Shown here one piece after another: positions 31,867-41,652 of a stretch of DNA of 64,000 bases (position 1 is its first letter; every line of letters starts with the position of its first letter). The notes under the pieces were generated by a model, which worked only from the letters and a program-made list of their open reading frames with translations, had not been told where the DNA came from and ran no database searches. The stretch covers positions 16,399 to 80,398 of the forward strand of contig JAZPZV010000042.1 in the NCBI GenBank assembly GCA_045544855.1. The letters run 5' to 3'. The position numbers and the translations under genes are program-made. The stretch is from Eubacteriales bacterium. GTDB lineage: Bacteria > Bacillota > Clostridia > Oscillospirales > CAG-382.

Positions 31867-32817
31867 TTAGGGAAACAATATTTCGATCAGTTCCTCGATC
31901 TCTTCCCTTGTGGAGACGGCATTGATCTTTTCCCTGAGTTTTGCGCTCCCCACGCCGCCGCGACAATATTTGGAAAGGTGCTTCCGCATTTCCAGCAAGG
32001 CCTTGGTGCCCCTATCTGCCTCCAAAAGGCGGATCTGACGGCGGATCACCTCACGGATCTCGGCGTTGTCCGGGGGCGTATAGGGCAAGCCCTCGAAGTG
32101 GCAGATCAGCTCACGGAAAAGCCAGGGTCTGCCGTAGCACCCTCTCCCCACCATGATGCCGTCGCACCCGGTGGTTTCCAGCATATCCAAAGCGCTTGAC
32201 ACGGAATCGATATCCCCGTTGCCGATAACGGGAATGGAAAGGGCCTGCTTCACCTTGGCGATATACCCTCTGTCCGCGATTCCGCTGTAAAGCTGTTCCC
32301 TGGTCCTGCCGTGGACGAACACCGCGGAAGCGCCTCCGGCCTCGCAGGCCTTGGCCACCTCTATCCCGTTGATATGGGTGTCGTCCAGCCCCTTGCGGAT
32401 CTTGGCGGTGACGGGCACGGACACGGCCTTGGAAACGGCTTTTACAATAGCCTCGCACAGGGCGGGATCCTTCATTACCCCGCTGCCGTCCCCGTTGTTG
32501 TAGATTTTGGGCATGGGACAGCCGAAGTTGATGTCGATGAAGGCGGGGGAAAATTTCTGCAATTTGTAGGCCGCTTCCGCCATGGTCTCCGGCTCGTGGC
32601 CGAAGATCTGGATGGCGGCGGGACGCTCGTCCTCATGAAGCATGGCAAGGTTGTCCGTTTTACGGTCGCCGTACACCACCCCCTTGGAGGAGATCAGCTC
32701 GGTACACACGCATTCCGCTCCGTAGGACACGCAGATGGAGCGGTAGGCGTAGTCGGTGATATTGGCCATGGGGGCAAGAAATATGCCGTGCTTGACTTCA
32801 AAGTTTCCGATATTCAT
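31867..32817 (-). CDS. dusB: tRNA-dihydrouridine synthase
   Basis: FLAPMANITDYAYR, INFGCPMPKI (catalytic Cys), VTAKIRKG and HGRTREQ blocks. Starts 2 nt after the recG stop. Confidence 0.85.
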   Translation of the reverse strand: MNIGNFEVKHGIFLAPMANITDYAYRSICVSYGAECVCTELISSKGVVYGDRKTDNLAMLHEDERPAAIQIFGHEPETMAEAAYKLQKFSPAFIDINFGCPMPKIYNNGDGSGVMKDPALCEAIVKAVSKAVSVPVTAKIRKGLDDTHINGIEVAKACEAGGASAVFVHGRTREQLYSGIADRGYIAKVKQALSIPVIGNGDIDSVSSALDMLETTGCDGIMVGRGCYGRPWLFRELICHFEGLPYTPPDNAEIREVIRRQIRLLEADRGTKALLEMRKHLSKYCRGGVGSAKLREKINAVSTREEIEELIEILFP

Positions 32818-32819
32818 GA

Positions 32820-34874
32820 TCAGTTTAAGGTCTTTCCGCTCCCCGCCTGCTTCACCATGCGGATCGCTTGCTTGTTCAGTGCCATATATTTTTCGTGGCC
32901 GATCTCGGGCAGGATGCGCTCCATGGCCTTCCCCGTTTCCTCGATGAGGGGCATATCCGTCAGGGAGGCGGTGCGAAGCACCAATTCCCCGCTTTGTTTT
33001 TCCCCGAAGAAATCACCCGGGCCACGCTGTTCCAGGTCTGCCTTGGCGATGAAGAAGCCGTCGGAGGATTCCTTCATCACGTTCAGCCGCTCACAGGGCT
33101 TGCCGCTTCCGTTTACCAGCACGCAGAAGGATTTCCGCGTGCCTCTGCCCACTCGTCCTCTCAGCTGATGGAGCTGGGAAAGGCCGAAGCATTCCGCATT
33201 CTCAATGAGCATCACGTTGGCGTTGGGTACGTCCACGCCCACCTCGATGACGGTGGTGGACACCAGCACCTTGGTGCGCCCTGCGGCAAAGTCCTCCATG
33301 GCACACGCCTTTTGTGCGGGGGACTGCTTGCCGTGGATCAGCCCCATGGGGACCCCCGCAAAGGGACCGCATTGAAGCTCACGGAAGTAGGTCTCCGCCG
33401 CCTTTTTGGGGGATTTTTCTTCCGCCAGGGCGTTTTCCTCCACCAAGGGACAGATGATATAGGCCTGCCCCCCCTGAGAGATCTGCCGCAGGATGGAGCC
33501 GTAGATCCCCTTGCGGTCCTTGGGGGTGAGGACTAAGGTATCGATGGTCTGTCTGCCGGGGGGCAATTCGTCCAGCACGGTCACGTCCAGGTCACCGTAC
33601 AGGATGAGAGACAGAGATCTGGGGATGGGGGTGGCGGACATGACCAGCATATGGGCGCGCTTCCCTGCCCCGAGTTCGCTTTTTTCCAGAAGGGCGGAGC
33701 GTTGCCGCACCCCGAAGCGGTGCTGTTCGTCGGTGACCACCAAGCCCAGCTTTGCAAAGGAAACGTCCTCCTGCAAAACGGCGTGGGTGCCTACCAACAC
33801 TTGTATTTCTCCCGTGGCAAGGCGTTCCTTGACCATGTTTTTTTGTTTCTTCGTCATCCCGCCTGTCAGCAAGGCGGTGGTGATGCCCAGGGGCTCCAGA
33901 TAGGAGGCCAGCTTTTCCCCGTGCTGGGTGGCAAGGATCTCCGTGGGGGCTAACAGCACCCCCTGCATACCGTTCTCGGCGCAAAGCTCCAAGGCCGCCG
34001 CGGCCACAATGGTCTTACCGCTACCCACGTCCCCCTGGACCAGGCGGGTCATGGGGATGGGCTTTGCAAGATCCTCGGTGATCTGACGGATGGCCTTTGC
34101 CTGAGCGCCCGTGGGCTTAAAGGGCAAATTGGGAAGCAGCTTGCTTTCCATAGGAACCATGGGAACGGCGGTGGCGTCCTCCTTGGCGTGGCGCATTTTC
34201 CGCAGAGCCAAGCGGAAGATCAACAGCTCCCGAAAAGCGGCACTGCGCTTGGCCTGTGCCAGCTCCTCCATGCTCACGGGGCGGTGGATCTTATAGATGG
34301 TCTCCCCGTAGGGCAGGAGACGGTAGGCCTGCCGCAGATCCTCGGGGAGGCATTCCTCCAGCTCCTTCAGCGCAGGCAGAGCGCTTTCCACCGCAGAGCG
34401 GAAAAGGTTCTGGTTCAGCCCCTCTCCCAAGGGATAAACGGGCAGCACGTCCGGCAAGGGAGTCCCGGGTAAAATGGGCTCGATATCGGGGGAGGTAGCC
34501 TCCGCCCCAAAAAGACCCATTTGGATACGTCCGTACAGGCGGTAGTACCTGCCGGGCTTGATCTTCTGCGCCAAAAAGCGCTTGCCGAAAAAGGTGACGG
34601 TAATGGGAGCGGTGTCATCCTCTGCGTTCATCCGCAAAAGCTCGATACCGGTGTAAGTCTTCCCCACGGTGGGAAGCTTGGTGCATTTCACCACCACGGA
34701 ATACACTTCCCCATCGGTACACTCCCGCAAAGGGGTAATATCCCCGCGGTTCTGGTAGGACCTGGGGAAGGTCATCAGCAGATCCTCCACCGTATGGATG
34801 CCCTTGGCGGCAAACAGCTTCGCCTTGGCTTCTCCAATGCCTTTCAAGGCCGTAAGGGGGGCGTGCAGTTCCAT
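32820..34874 (-). CDS. recG: ATP-dependent DNA helicase RecG
   Basis: RBS AAAGGAG before ATG 34874. GDVGSGKT Walker A, DEQHRFG, and the N-terminal wedge region LKGIGEAKAKLFAAKGIHTVEDLL. Confidence 0.9.
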   Translation of the reverse strand: MELHAPLTALKGIGEAKAKLFAAKGIHTVEDLLMTFPRSYQNRGDITPLRECTDGEVYSVVVKCTKLPTVGKTYTGIELLRMNAEDDTAPITVTFFGKRFLAQKIKPGRYYRLYGRIQMGLFGAEATSPDIEPILPGTPLPDVLPVYPLGEGLNQNLFRSAVESALPALKELEECLPEDLRQAYRLLPYGETIYKIHRPVSMEELAQAKRSAAFRELLIFRLALRKMRHAKEDATAVPMVPMESKLLPNLPFKPTGAQAKAIRQITEDLAKPIPMTRLVQGDVGSGKTIVAAAALELCAENGMQGVLLAPTEILATQHGEKLASYLEPLGITTALLTGGMTKKQKNMVKERLATGEIQVLVGTHAVLQEDVSFAKLGLVVTDEQHRFGVRQRSALLEKSELGAGKRAHMLVMSATPIPRSLSLILYGDLDVTVLDELPPGRQTIDTLVLTPKDRKGIYGSILRQISQGGQAYIICPLVEENALAEEKSPKKAAETYFRELQCGPFAGVPMGLIHGKQSPAQKACAMEDFAAGRTKVLVSTTVIEVGVDVPNANVMLIENAECFGLSQLHQLRGRVGRGTRKSFCVLVNGSGKPCERLNVMKESSDGFFIAKADLEQRGPGDFFGEKQSGELVLRTASLTDMPLIEETGKAMERILPEIGHEKYMALNKQAIRMVKQAGSGKTLN

Positions 34875-35042
34875 AAGACCGTTCTCCTTTCTCGTTTTTC
34901 TTAGTATATCACACTTTTTTCTATTTGTAAAGCGAAAAAACATGAAGCATTCAACGCTTCACCGTTGCCTACGCAGTGAGGAGTTGCGATCTTGAAACAA
35001 AAACAAGGCACCCTCTCGGATGCCTTGCCTTAAAAATCAAGA

Positions 35043-36593
35043 TTAGTCGTTCAGCTCGTAAGCTTCTACGTACTCGTCGATCTGATCCTGGATCGCGCCC
35101 TCAATACCCTGCAGGTGAGAAGTCACTGCATTGGAGTTGGAGCCCATCAGGGTGGTGAACATGGAGTTGATGCCGCCGAAGTTATAAAGAATACCCAGGT
35201 CGTAAACTACGTTGTTGAAGATGTAGTTGTCCAGCATATCCTCGGAGTCGTTATCCTTGGCGTCTCTGCTCTTCAGGGTGACGTCGTAGTATGCGGGAGT
35301 GACATGGTTCTTACCGCCTGCTGCCATGAGCTCGATCATGTAAGCGGAGAACTCAGCGTCTTCAACGTTGGTGGGGATACAGATACCGTATGCGTAGAAG
35401 ATGTTTGCGGAGGTGTAGTAGGTATCCTGCTCCTCGGAAGCCTTGGGAGAAGGAATGATGCCCATGTGACCGGATACGTTGTAGTTACGCAGCTTCTTAA
35501 CTGCGGAGAATGCGGAGGGGTAGAACAGGGTACGCTCGTTACCGAAAGCACCCATTGCGCCTTCCCAAACGTTGGGTTCGGGCCAGGTGGGATCCAGCTT
35601 CTGGGTGTTGGCGAACCAAGTGCTGTCCTGGAAGGTTTCCAGAACCTTTTCTGCGTAACGGACGGAAGCCTCGGAGCCGAATTCCAGGTAAGGAATATCG
35701 TTCTGATCCTTTGCGATGAGCTTGTTACCGGAAGCGATGAAGAAGCCTGCGATACCGTTGGTACCGATCATGCCCCAATGATCCTCAAAGTTCATGCCGG
35801 GGATATCATCGGATTCGTAGGTCACTTCTCTGCCCATCTCAACCATCAGATCCAGAGTCCACTTGCCTTCGCGAACGATGTCGTACAGAGAGCCGTACCT
35901 TTCCGCAAAGACTTCTTCATAAATGTTCTTGTTGAACAGGATGGCGGAAGAAACGATCTTCTGCATGATGGAGATATCGCCGGTGGTGAAGTACAGCTTG
36001 CCTGCGATGGACAGGTTTTCGTTAGCGTCCTGATCCCACCAGGGAGCATCCAGATGGATGTAATCCGCAAAATCGTTCAGGTCGTACAGCATATTCTGCT
36101 GTGCCAAAGAAGCCGCCTGACCCATGAAGGGCATAGCCGCATCGTAAGCAGCGGTGCCTGCGGTAGAGTCCTGGGTAACGGTAGAGGCAACGTTGTTTAC
36201 CTGATAAGCGATGATCTCAACGCCGTATTTCTCGGTGATCAGGTCGTTACGGGCGCCAACGGCCTTGCTCAGAACGTCGTCGGTGGTGTCGTACAGATCG
36301 GGTGCGATCTCCTCGGAGAAGTAAGTACCGTCACCCTCCTTGCTGGTAACGCAAACGGAGAAGGTGTTCTTGTTGAAGTTAAACTCGGGCATGCCCAGGT
36401 TTTCAACGGTGTACTGCTTGTTTTCATCCAGATAAATGGAGTTGCCGCCTTCATCGGGGCCGGAGGTGGTACCGGAAGTGGTGCCGCCGGAGGTTTCGGG
36501 AGTGCTGGTGGTGCCGCCGTTACCGCCGCAAGCTACCAGCAGAGGGCAGAGCAACAGCAGACCCAGCATAAGAGCAAAAAGTCTTTTCGTCAT
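35043..36593 (-). CDS. Large extracellular solute-binding lipoprotein (ABC-type sugar SBP family); no permease genes adjacent
   Basis: Lipobox LLVACGGNGG (start ATG 36593, RBS AAAGGA). YDAAMPFMGQAASLAQQNMLYDLN and APWWDQ blocks. Paralogous to 36748-38535. Confidence 0.75.
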   Translation of the reverse strand: MTKRLFALMLGLLLLCPLLVACGGNGGTTSTPETSGGTTSGTTSGPDEGGNSIYLDENKQYTVENLGMPEFNFNKNTFSVCVTSKEGDGTYFSEEIAPDLYDTTDDVLSKAVGARNDLITEKYGVEIIAYQVNNVASTVTQDSTAGTAAYDAAMPFMGQAASLAQQNMLYDLNDFADYIHLDAPWWDQDANENLSIAGKLYFTTGDISIMQKIVSSAILFNKNIYEEVFAERYGSLYDIVREGKWTLDLMVEMGREVTYESDDIPGMNFEDHWGMIGTNGIAGFFIASGNKLIAKDQNDIPYLEFGSEASVRYAEKVLETFQDSTWFANTQKLDPTWPEPNVWEGAMGAFGNERTLFYPSAFSAVKKLRNYNVSGHMGIIPSPKASEEQDTYYTSANIFYAYGICIPTNVEDAEFSAYMIELMAAGGKNHVTPAYYDVTLKSRDAKDNDSEDMLDNYIFNNVVYDLGILYNFGGINSMFTTLMGSNSNAVTSHLQGIEGAIQDQIDEYVEAYELND

Positions 36594-36747
36594 GATAGAA
36601 TCCTTTCTGACATTTATAGTTATCCTTATCATATCACTTTCCATGTTTTCTGTCAATCTACGAATAAGCCAAAATACCGCTCTGATTTTTGACAAAAATC
36701 ACAAAGGAAAACGCACCCCAAAATACGGGATGCGTTTTGTGAAAAGC

Positions 36748-38535
36748 TTACGTTCTGTACTGCTTCTGATACTCCGTAATGGCCGCTTCGATATCGGGGA
36801 TCCTGCCATAGATACGGGAAGCCACTGCGGTGGTATTGTCTTTGAACATATCGGGGAGCAACGTCCCTGCCCCGCCCATGCCGTGGGTCACGCCCAGGTC
36901 ATAGGTCATGGAGGAGAAGATGATCTCCAGCATTTCTCTGGAATCCCAGTCTACGGTGTGGGCACTGCGGAGCAGACCCTCCTCGTATTCGGGAGTCACG
37001 ATGTTCTTGGAGTAGCAGGCCAAGACTTCCATCATGTATGCGGAGAAATGTGCGTTCGCCACGTTTCTGGGAATGCAGAAGCCGTAGGCGTACTGCCCCA
37101 TCACGGGAGTGCTGTAGGATTGCTGCTTGGAGGAATGCAAGGGCATGGGAAGGATACCGAACTCCACGTCTTCCCCTGCACGGAGACCGTCCACGGAAGC
37201 CAGGGTATCCACGTAGAACAGAGCGCGGCCGGAGGTGAACACACTGCGCCCCAGATCCCAATTTGCGGTGCCGTCTCCGCTGAGCGTTTCCACCACCAGA
37301 AGTGCGTCGGTGTTCTGCAGGGTCTGGATCACCTTCACGGTAGTGGTCAACCCTGTGGCATCCCCGATGGTCACCTTGGGAACGCCGGAGGTATTGGTGG
37401 TCAGGAGCTGCTTGCCGGAGGCTAAGTAATGGTAAAGGGCGATGTTGTAAGAGCTCACCACGCCCCAAGTGTCGGGGAAGCCCATACCGGGAGTGCCGTC
37501 AATATCTGCGGTAAGCAGTTTACCGGCCTCGTACAGAGCATCCAAGGTCCAGGTCTTATTCCGCACCATGGCGTAGAAATCAATGGAAAGGTCGTCTGCC
37601 AGGGTCTTGTTGAACAGCACTGCGGCGGAAGCCTTCTTGTTGGAGAAGCTGGCATCCCCCACTGCGAAGTACAATTTGCCCTCGAAAGTCAGGGGATCGT
37701 TGGCGGTCTGATCCCACCAGGGTGCCTGCAGGTGGATGATATCGCCGAAGTTTCTCAGATTGTAAAGCAGTTGATCCTGCCCCAGGCCGATGGCGTCCCG
37801 CAGGAAGGGCATGGCCGCATCGTAATCCACGGTGTCTGCCAAAGAGTCGTTGCGCAGGGTCTCCGCCACGTCGTCCACGCGGTAAGCACCGATCTCCACG
37901 CCGTAGTCCGCAAGAATATCCCGGTTGCGGAGCTTGACGAAGTTTTCGATACGGGTGCCGTAGATCCCGGCGGCGATCTCTTCGGAATAGTAGGTCTTTT
38001 GCAGGTTGTCGCCGTACACCAGGACGGTAAACAGATCGTCCGCAAACTCAAAGGGAGGCATCTGCAGCTCGTTCAGGGTGAAGTTGCCCTCGTTGTCCCG
38101 ATACGGATCGGTATCGGGAGATACCTCGGAGGAGGTGTCCTCGGAGCTTTCCTCTTCGGAGGAGGTATCCTCGGAGCTTTCCTCAGACGTGTCCTCGGAG
38201 CTTTCTTCGCTCTCGTCACTTTCGTTGCTTGCTTCGGAGGATTCAGCCTCGGAGCTTTCTTCCTCTGAAGATTCCGCCTCTGAAGATTCCGCCTCGGAGG
38301 ATTCCTCTTCGGAGCTGTCCTCGGGAAGGACGATGCTGCTGACGGTCCCCTTGGAGGATTCTTCCTCGGAGGACTCTGCCCCCAAGGATTCCGTTTCGGA
38401 GGATTCTGCCTCGGAGCTTTCTTCCGCAGAGGATCCCGCTTCGGAAGAGGTCTCCTCCTCTCCGCAAGCGGAAAGGGCAAGACAGGCAAGCAGCAGGCAG
38501 GAAAGCAACAGTATTAAGAGTCGTTTTATTGACAT
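36748..38535 (-). CDS. Large extracellular solute-binding lipoprotein with a ~130-aa S/E-rich acidic linker (paralog)
   Basis: Lipobox LALSACGEEETSSE. A long (ESSE/SEES)n tract, then YDAAMPFLRDAIGLGQDQLLYNL and APWWDQ. Confidence 0.75.
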   Translation of the reverse strand: MSIKRLLILLLSCLLLACLALSACGEEETSSEAGSSAEESSEAESSETESLGAESSEEESSKGTVSSIVLPEDSSEEESSEAESSEAESSEEESSEAESSEASNESDESEESSEDTSEESSEDTSSEEESSEDTSSEVSPDTDPYRDNEGNFTLNELQMPPFEFADDLFTVLVYGDNLQKTYYSEEIAAGIYGTRIENFVKLRNRDILADYGVEIGAYRVDDVAETLRNDSLADTVDYDAAMPFLRDAIGLGQDQLLYNLRNFGDIIHLQAPWWDQTANDPLTFEGKLYFAVGDASFSNKKASAAVLFNKTLADDLSIDFYAMVRNKTWTLDALYEAGKLLTADIDGTPGMGFPDTWGVVSSYNIALYHYLASGKQLLTTNTSGVPKVTIGDATGLTTTVKVIQTLQNTDALLVVETLSGDGTANWDLGRSVFTSGRALFYVDTLASVDGLRAGEDVEFGILPMPLHSSKQQSYSTPVMGQYAYGFCIPRNVANAHFSAYMMEVLACYSKNIVTPEYEEGLLRSAHTVDWDSREMLEIIFSSMTYDLGVTHGMGGAGTLLPDMFKDNTTAVASRIYGRIPDIEAAITEYQKQYRT

Positions 38536-38563
38536 GAAAAATCCCTCTTCTCTGCTTAAAGGT

Positions 38564-39751
38564 TTATGATTCGCTCTGCAATGCAGTGGCGATGGTTTCC
38601 GCATCCTCGCCGCCGATCCAACGAACGGTCAGCTCCTCGGTCTGCGTATTTTCGGCAAAAAAGGCGTTGCGCACCACGTTGTAGGCACTCTTATCGCACT
38701 TGACCAGAACGCCGTCGATCCGTGCGTTGTACTCCCCGTCGGTCTTGCGGCATAAGACGGGAGAGATGATGGGCTTCCCTTCCGCAGAAGCGGTCAGCTC
38801 ATCCATGGCGTAGGCGATGGTTCCGTCCTTCAGGTTCTGGGTATAAGACACCAGGATAAAACGACTGCCGTCCTGGCGTTGCCATACCGCCCATTCCTCG
38901 TCCACACCGGTCTTGAAGGAATAAGCTTCCTCACCGGTAACGGCGTCCATCACGTAGATCACAGGCAAGCCGTCCTCCCCGTGGGTACGGGCAAGCAGCT
39001 CTGCAGTGCCGTCCAGATCCACGTCCTGCAGGGCGAATACCCAGCCGGAGAAGGCGCCTTGCGTCTTATTCTGCAGTAAGGCAGCCAGCGGTGACAAGGG
39101 GATCTCCTCCACCACCTCTACGATACAGGTGGCTTTGTTCCCCTTGGGGGTGGTGGCAGTGATAGTAGCTTTGCCCAAGGCGACGGCGGTCAGACTGCCG
39201 TCTTCCTCCACACGGACCACCAAAGGATCGGAGCTTTCCCAGATCAGAGTACGGTTGGTGGTGCCCACGGGAGTGAACTCGTAGGGAACCTCCACCTTAC
39301 TGCCCGGCAGGGCAAGCATTTCGGTCTTTTTGAACATGAACTCTTTCTCTTCGATGGGAGAGATCACGATCTCCTCCAGCTTGGGCTCGCTTTCGTCCCG
39401 ATAGATCTGATCGTCCACAGAGCTTTCGGGTGCGGAGCTTTCTTCCTCGGAGCTTTCGGGAGGGAGAGATTCGGGATCACTTTCATCCTCGGAGCTTTCT
39501 TCCTCAGAGCTTTCCGTGGGAGTAGACGCGGGATCGCTTTCATCCTCGGAGGGCCAGTCTACACTGATCTCCCCGGGATCGGAGCTTTCCGGTGCGGAGC
39601 TTTCGGGAGCGGAGCTTTCCTCGGAGGAGGTCTGTTGCACAGAGCTTTCCCCGAAAGAAGGTTCCGAGCTTGTATTCCCTTGCTGTTCCGTGCATCCTGC
39701 CGCCAACAGCACCAGAAGCAACGCAACGATTACAAACAAGTATTTCTTCAT
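38564..39751 (-). CDS. Lipoprotein with an acidic linker and a bacterial Ig-like (Big_2-type) domain
   Basis: Lipobox LLAAGCTEQQ (ATG 39751). LIWESSDPLVVRVEEDGSLTAVALGKATITATTPKGNKATCIVEVV is Big_2-like. The C-terminal ~190 aa are unknown. Confidence 0.7.
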   Translation of the reverse strand: MKKYLFVIVALLLVLLAAGCTEQQGNTSSEPSFGESSVQQTSSEESSAPESSAPESSDPGEISVDWPSEDESDPASTPTESSEEESSEDESDPESLPPESSEEESSAPESSVDDQIYRDESEPKLEEIVISPIEEKEFMFKKTEMLALPGSKVEVPYEFTPVGTTNRTLIWESSDPLVVRVEEDGSLTAVALGKATITATTPKGNKATCIVEVVEEIPLSPLAALLQNKTQGAFSGWVFALQDVDLDGTAELLARTHGEDGLPVIYVMDAVTGEEAYSFKTGVDEEWAVWQRQDGSRFILVSYTQNLKDGTIAYAMDELTASAEGKPIISPVLCRKTDGEYNARIDGVLVKCDKSAYNVVRNAFFAENTQTEELTVRWIGGEDAETIATALQSES

Positions 39752-40044
39752 GAATTGCAAACCTTTCCATTCATGGTTTGACGAGTGCCGCAAAAACGGC
39801 TTTTCCCTTTTTGCAGCGGTTTTCTCCCAAAAGAGTTCACCGCCATTCTAATCATCAAATATCATACCACACTTTTCATCCTCCGTCAATGTGGTTTTTT
39901 GTAAATTTTCTGTCATCTCTTCGTGAAAAGATAGCTTTTTTCGACAAAGGAGGGGGATATTTTGCCATTTTCTCCCTGCCGTCTTGACTTTTCTTGCGAT
40001 CCTGCTATAATAAAAACAAGCAAAAAAGAAAGGGGCTTTACGCC

Positions 40045-41460
40045 ATGAAAAAAACATTGCTGTTCGTTCTCGCCGCCTCCCTGCTGCTTTCCTTCGTAGG
40101 GTGCAGTACCCCTGCTCCCGAGACTTCTCAGCCTGCTGTCAGCCAAGAAGCAAGCTCTGAAGCCGAAAGCTCTGTGGCAGAGCCTTCCGAGGACGTTTCC
40201 GAAACCGTTTCCCAAGAGGAGGAAAGACCCATGATCTCCATCAAAGGCGATCCCAATTACGCCAACGTAGCCCTGAACAAGAGCTACACCCACACCACCC
40301 TTCATCCCGGCAACGACAACGCTTCCTACCCCGATGAGGGCGGCATCTCCATGACCGACGGCGTCATTGCCCCTGCAGACGGAAAGTATTCCGATCCCTC
40401 CTTCATGGGCTTTAACAAGAACCACAACGATTACACCGCAAAGGGCTATTCCGCCGTCACCGTGGATCTGGGCGGCTTGCATTATCTGGATAAGTTCGTG
40501 GCTCACGTGGCCTCCAAGAAGCATCTCAGCGTGGGCATCAACGCTCCCGAGATCGTGTTCATTTACGTTTCCCACGATGGGGAGACCTGGCACAAGGTGG
40601 GCTACACCTCCCACGAGGACAGCGATACCGTTGCCTCCATCCCCAGCACTCTGGAGCTGGAGTACGCCGTTTCCGCCCGTTACGTGCAGTACCGTTTCCT
40701 GGGAGACAGCAACTGGATCTTCGTTTGCGAGGTAGAGGCCTTCGGCATCACCGCAGAGGAAGAGATCCCCTTCCCCGGTGAGGATGAGATCATTTCCTTC
40801 CTGTTCGTGGGCAACAGCTCCACCTACTACTTCAACATCCCCGTGAAGCTTATGCATTTGGCCGCCTCCGCAGGTGTTGAGATCGAAGTGGACAACAGCT
40901 GTGTGGGCAGTGCTTACCTCAGCTATTTTGCAGACGCCACCAACGAACGCCACGGCATTCCCCTCCGTGAGCATCTGGCGGCCAAGAAGTACGATTACGT
41001 GGTGTTGCAGGACAACAGCGGTGCTTCCTACGAGGACTCCAAGCCTGCCATTGACATCCTGCTCCCCCTCATCAAGGAAAACGGTGCGGAGATGCTGTTG
41101 TACAAGCGCTACTCCTCCAACGACGATCCCGCTCAGCGTTTGGACAGCGCTTACCGTCACGAGGTGAACTACTCCAAGCTGGCCGAGACCTTCGGTGTTG
41201 ACCGTGTGGCTCCCGGGGCAGACGCCTTCCTGATCTGCACCGAGAAGTATCCCGAGATCAATCTGTATCACACCGACAACTCCCACCACGGTGCGGGTGA
41301 GGGTGCGTACCTGCTGGCTTGCGTCATGGCCATTGAGTTCCTGGATCTGGATCTGGACAAGTGCACCTACACCGCAGGTCTGGACGAGGCCACCGTTGCC
41401 AAGCTGAAGGAATGTGCCAAGATCGCCTGTGCAGAAGGCTACGATTACCCCCAGAAGTAA
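40045..41460 (+). CDS. Lipoprotein: discoidin-like domain + SGNH/DUF4886-like hydrolase domain
   Basis: Lipobox LLSFVGCS. MTDGV.., RYVQYRF..IFVCEVEAFG. Then FLFVGNSSTYYFNIP (GxS nucleophile block), YDYVVLQDNSG, and HTDNSHHGAGEGAYL (D..H). Confidence 0.75.
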   Translation: MKKTLLFVLAASLLLSFVGCSTPAPETSQPAVSQEASSEAESSVAEPSEDVSETVSQEEERPMISIKGDPNYANVALNKSYTHTTLHPGNDNASYPDEGGISMTDGVIAPADGKYSDPSFMGFNKNHNDYTAKGYSAVTVDLGGLHYLDKFVAHVASKKHLSVGINAPEIVFIYVSHDGETWHKVGYTSHEDSDTVASIPSTLELEYAVSARYVQYRFLGDSNWIFVCEVEAFGITAEEEIPFPGEDEIISFLFVGNSSTYYFNIPVKLMHLAASAGVEIEVDNSCVGSAYLSYFADATNERHGIPLREHLAAKKYDYVVLQDNSGASYEDSKPAIDILLPLIKENGAEMLLYKRYSSNDDPAQRLDSAYRHEVNYSKLAETFGVDRVAPGADAFLICTEKYPEINLYHTDNSHHGAGEGAYLLACVMAIEFLDLDLDKCTYTAGLDEATVAKLKECAKIACAEGYDYPQK

Positions 41461-41474
41461 GATAGAGCGATAAA

Positions 41475-41509
41475 AAGAAGACGGTTTCAGCCGTCTTCTT
41501 TTGTTTTTT
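41475..41509 (+). terminator. Rho-independent terminator
   Basis: AAGAAGACGG..CCGTCTTCTT followed by TTGTTTTTT. Confidence 0.8.
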
Positions 41510-41514
41510 GTGAA

Positions 41515-41590
41515 GGGTACGTTCCGCCCCTTCCCCCTAAAAAGGGGCGGCCCCCAAAAACTTTCAATGCCGAAAACTGTTGTTTCCGCG
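41515..41590. repeat. Intergenic repeat family, copy 4 (degenerate)
   Basis: CCGCCCCTT..AAGGGGCGG palindrome plus the core AATGCCGAAAACTGTTGTTTCCG (41566-41588). Confidence 0.6.
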
Positions 41591-41652
41591 TAAAAATACT
41601 TGATATCTCAAAAAAACCATGATACAATAAAAGAAAAAAGGGAGAAAACGCT

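Noticed and set aside
29553-31870. Plus-strand ORFs (29553-30023, 30011-31063, 30979-31851 and others) overlapping the three lipoprotein genes
   Set aside because: They run across the terminators and promoters of the minus-strand genes. They translate the acidic-linker antisense into G/S/L-rich strings, and no RBS is present.
38006-38569. 187-aa plus-strand ORF rich in S/E/D opposite the SBP acidic linker
   Set aside because: It is the mirror image of the (ESSE)n linker of 36748-38535. The minus-strand frame continues into a lipobox and a conserved SBP body.
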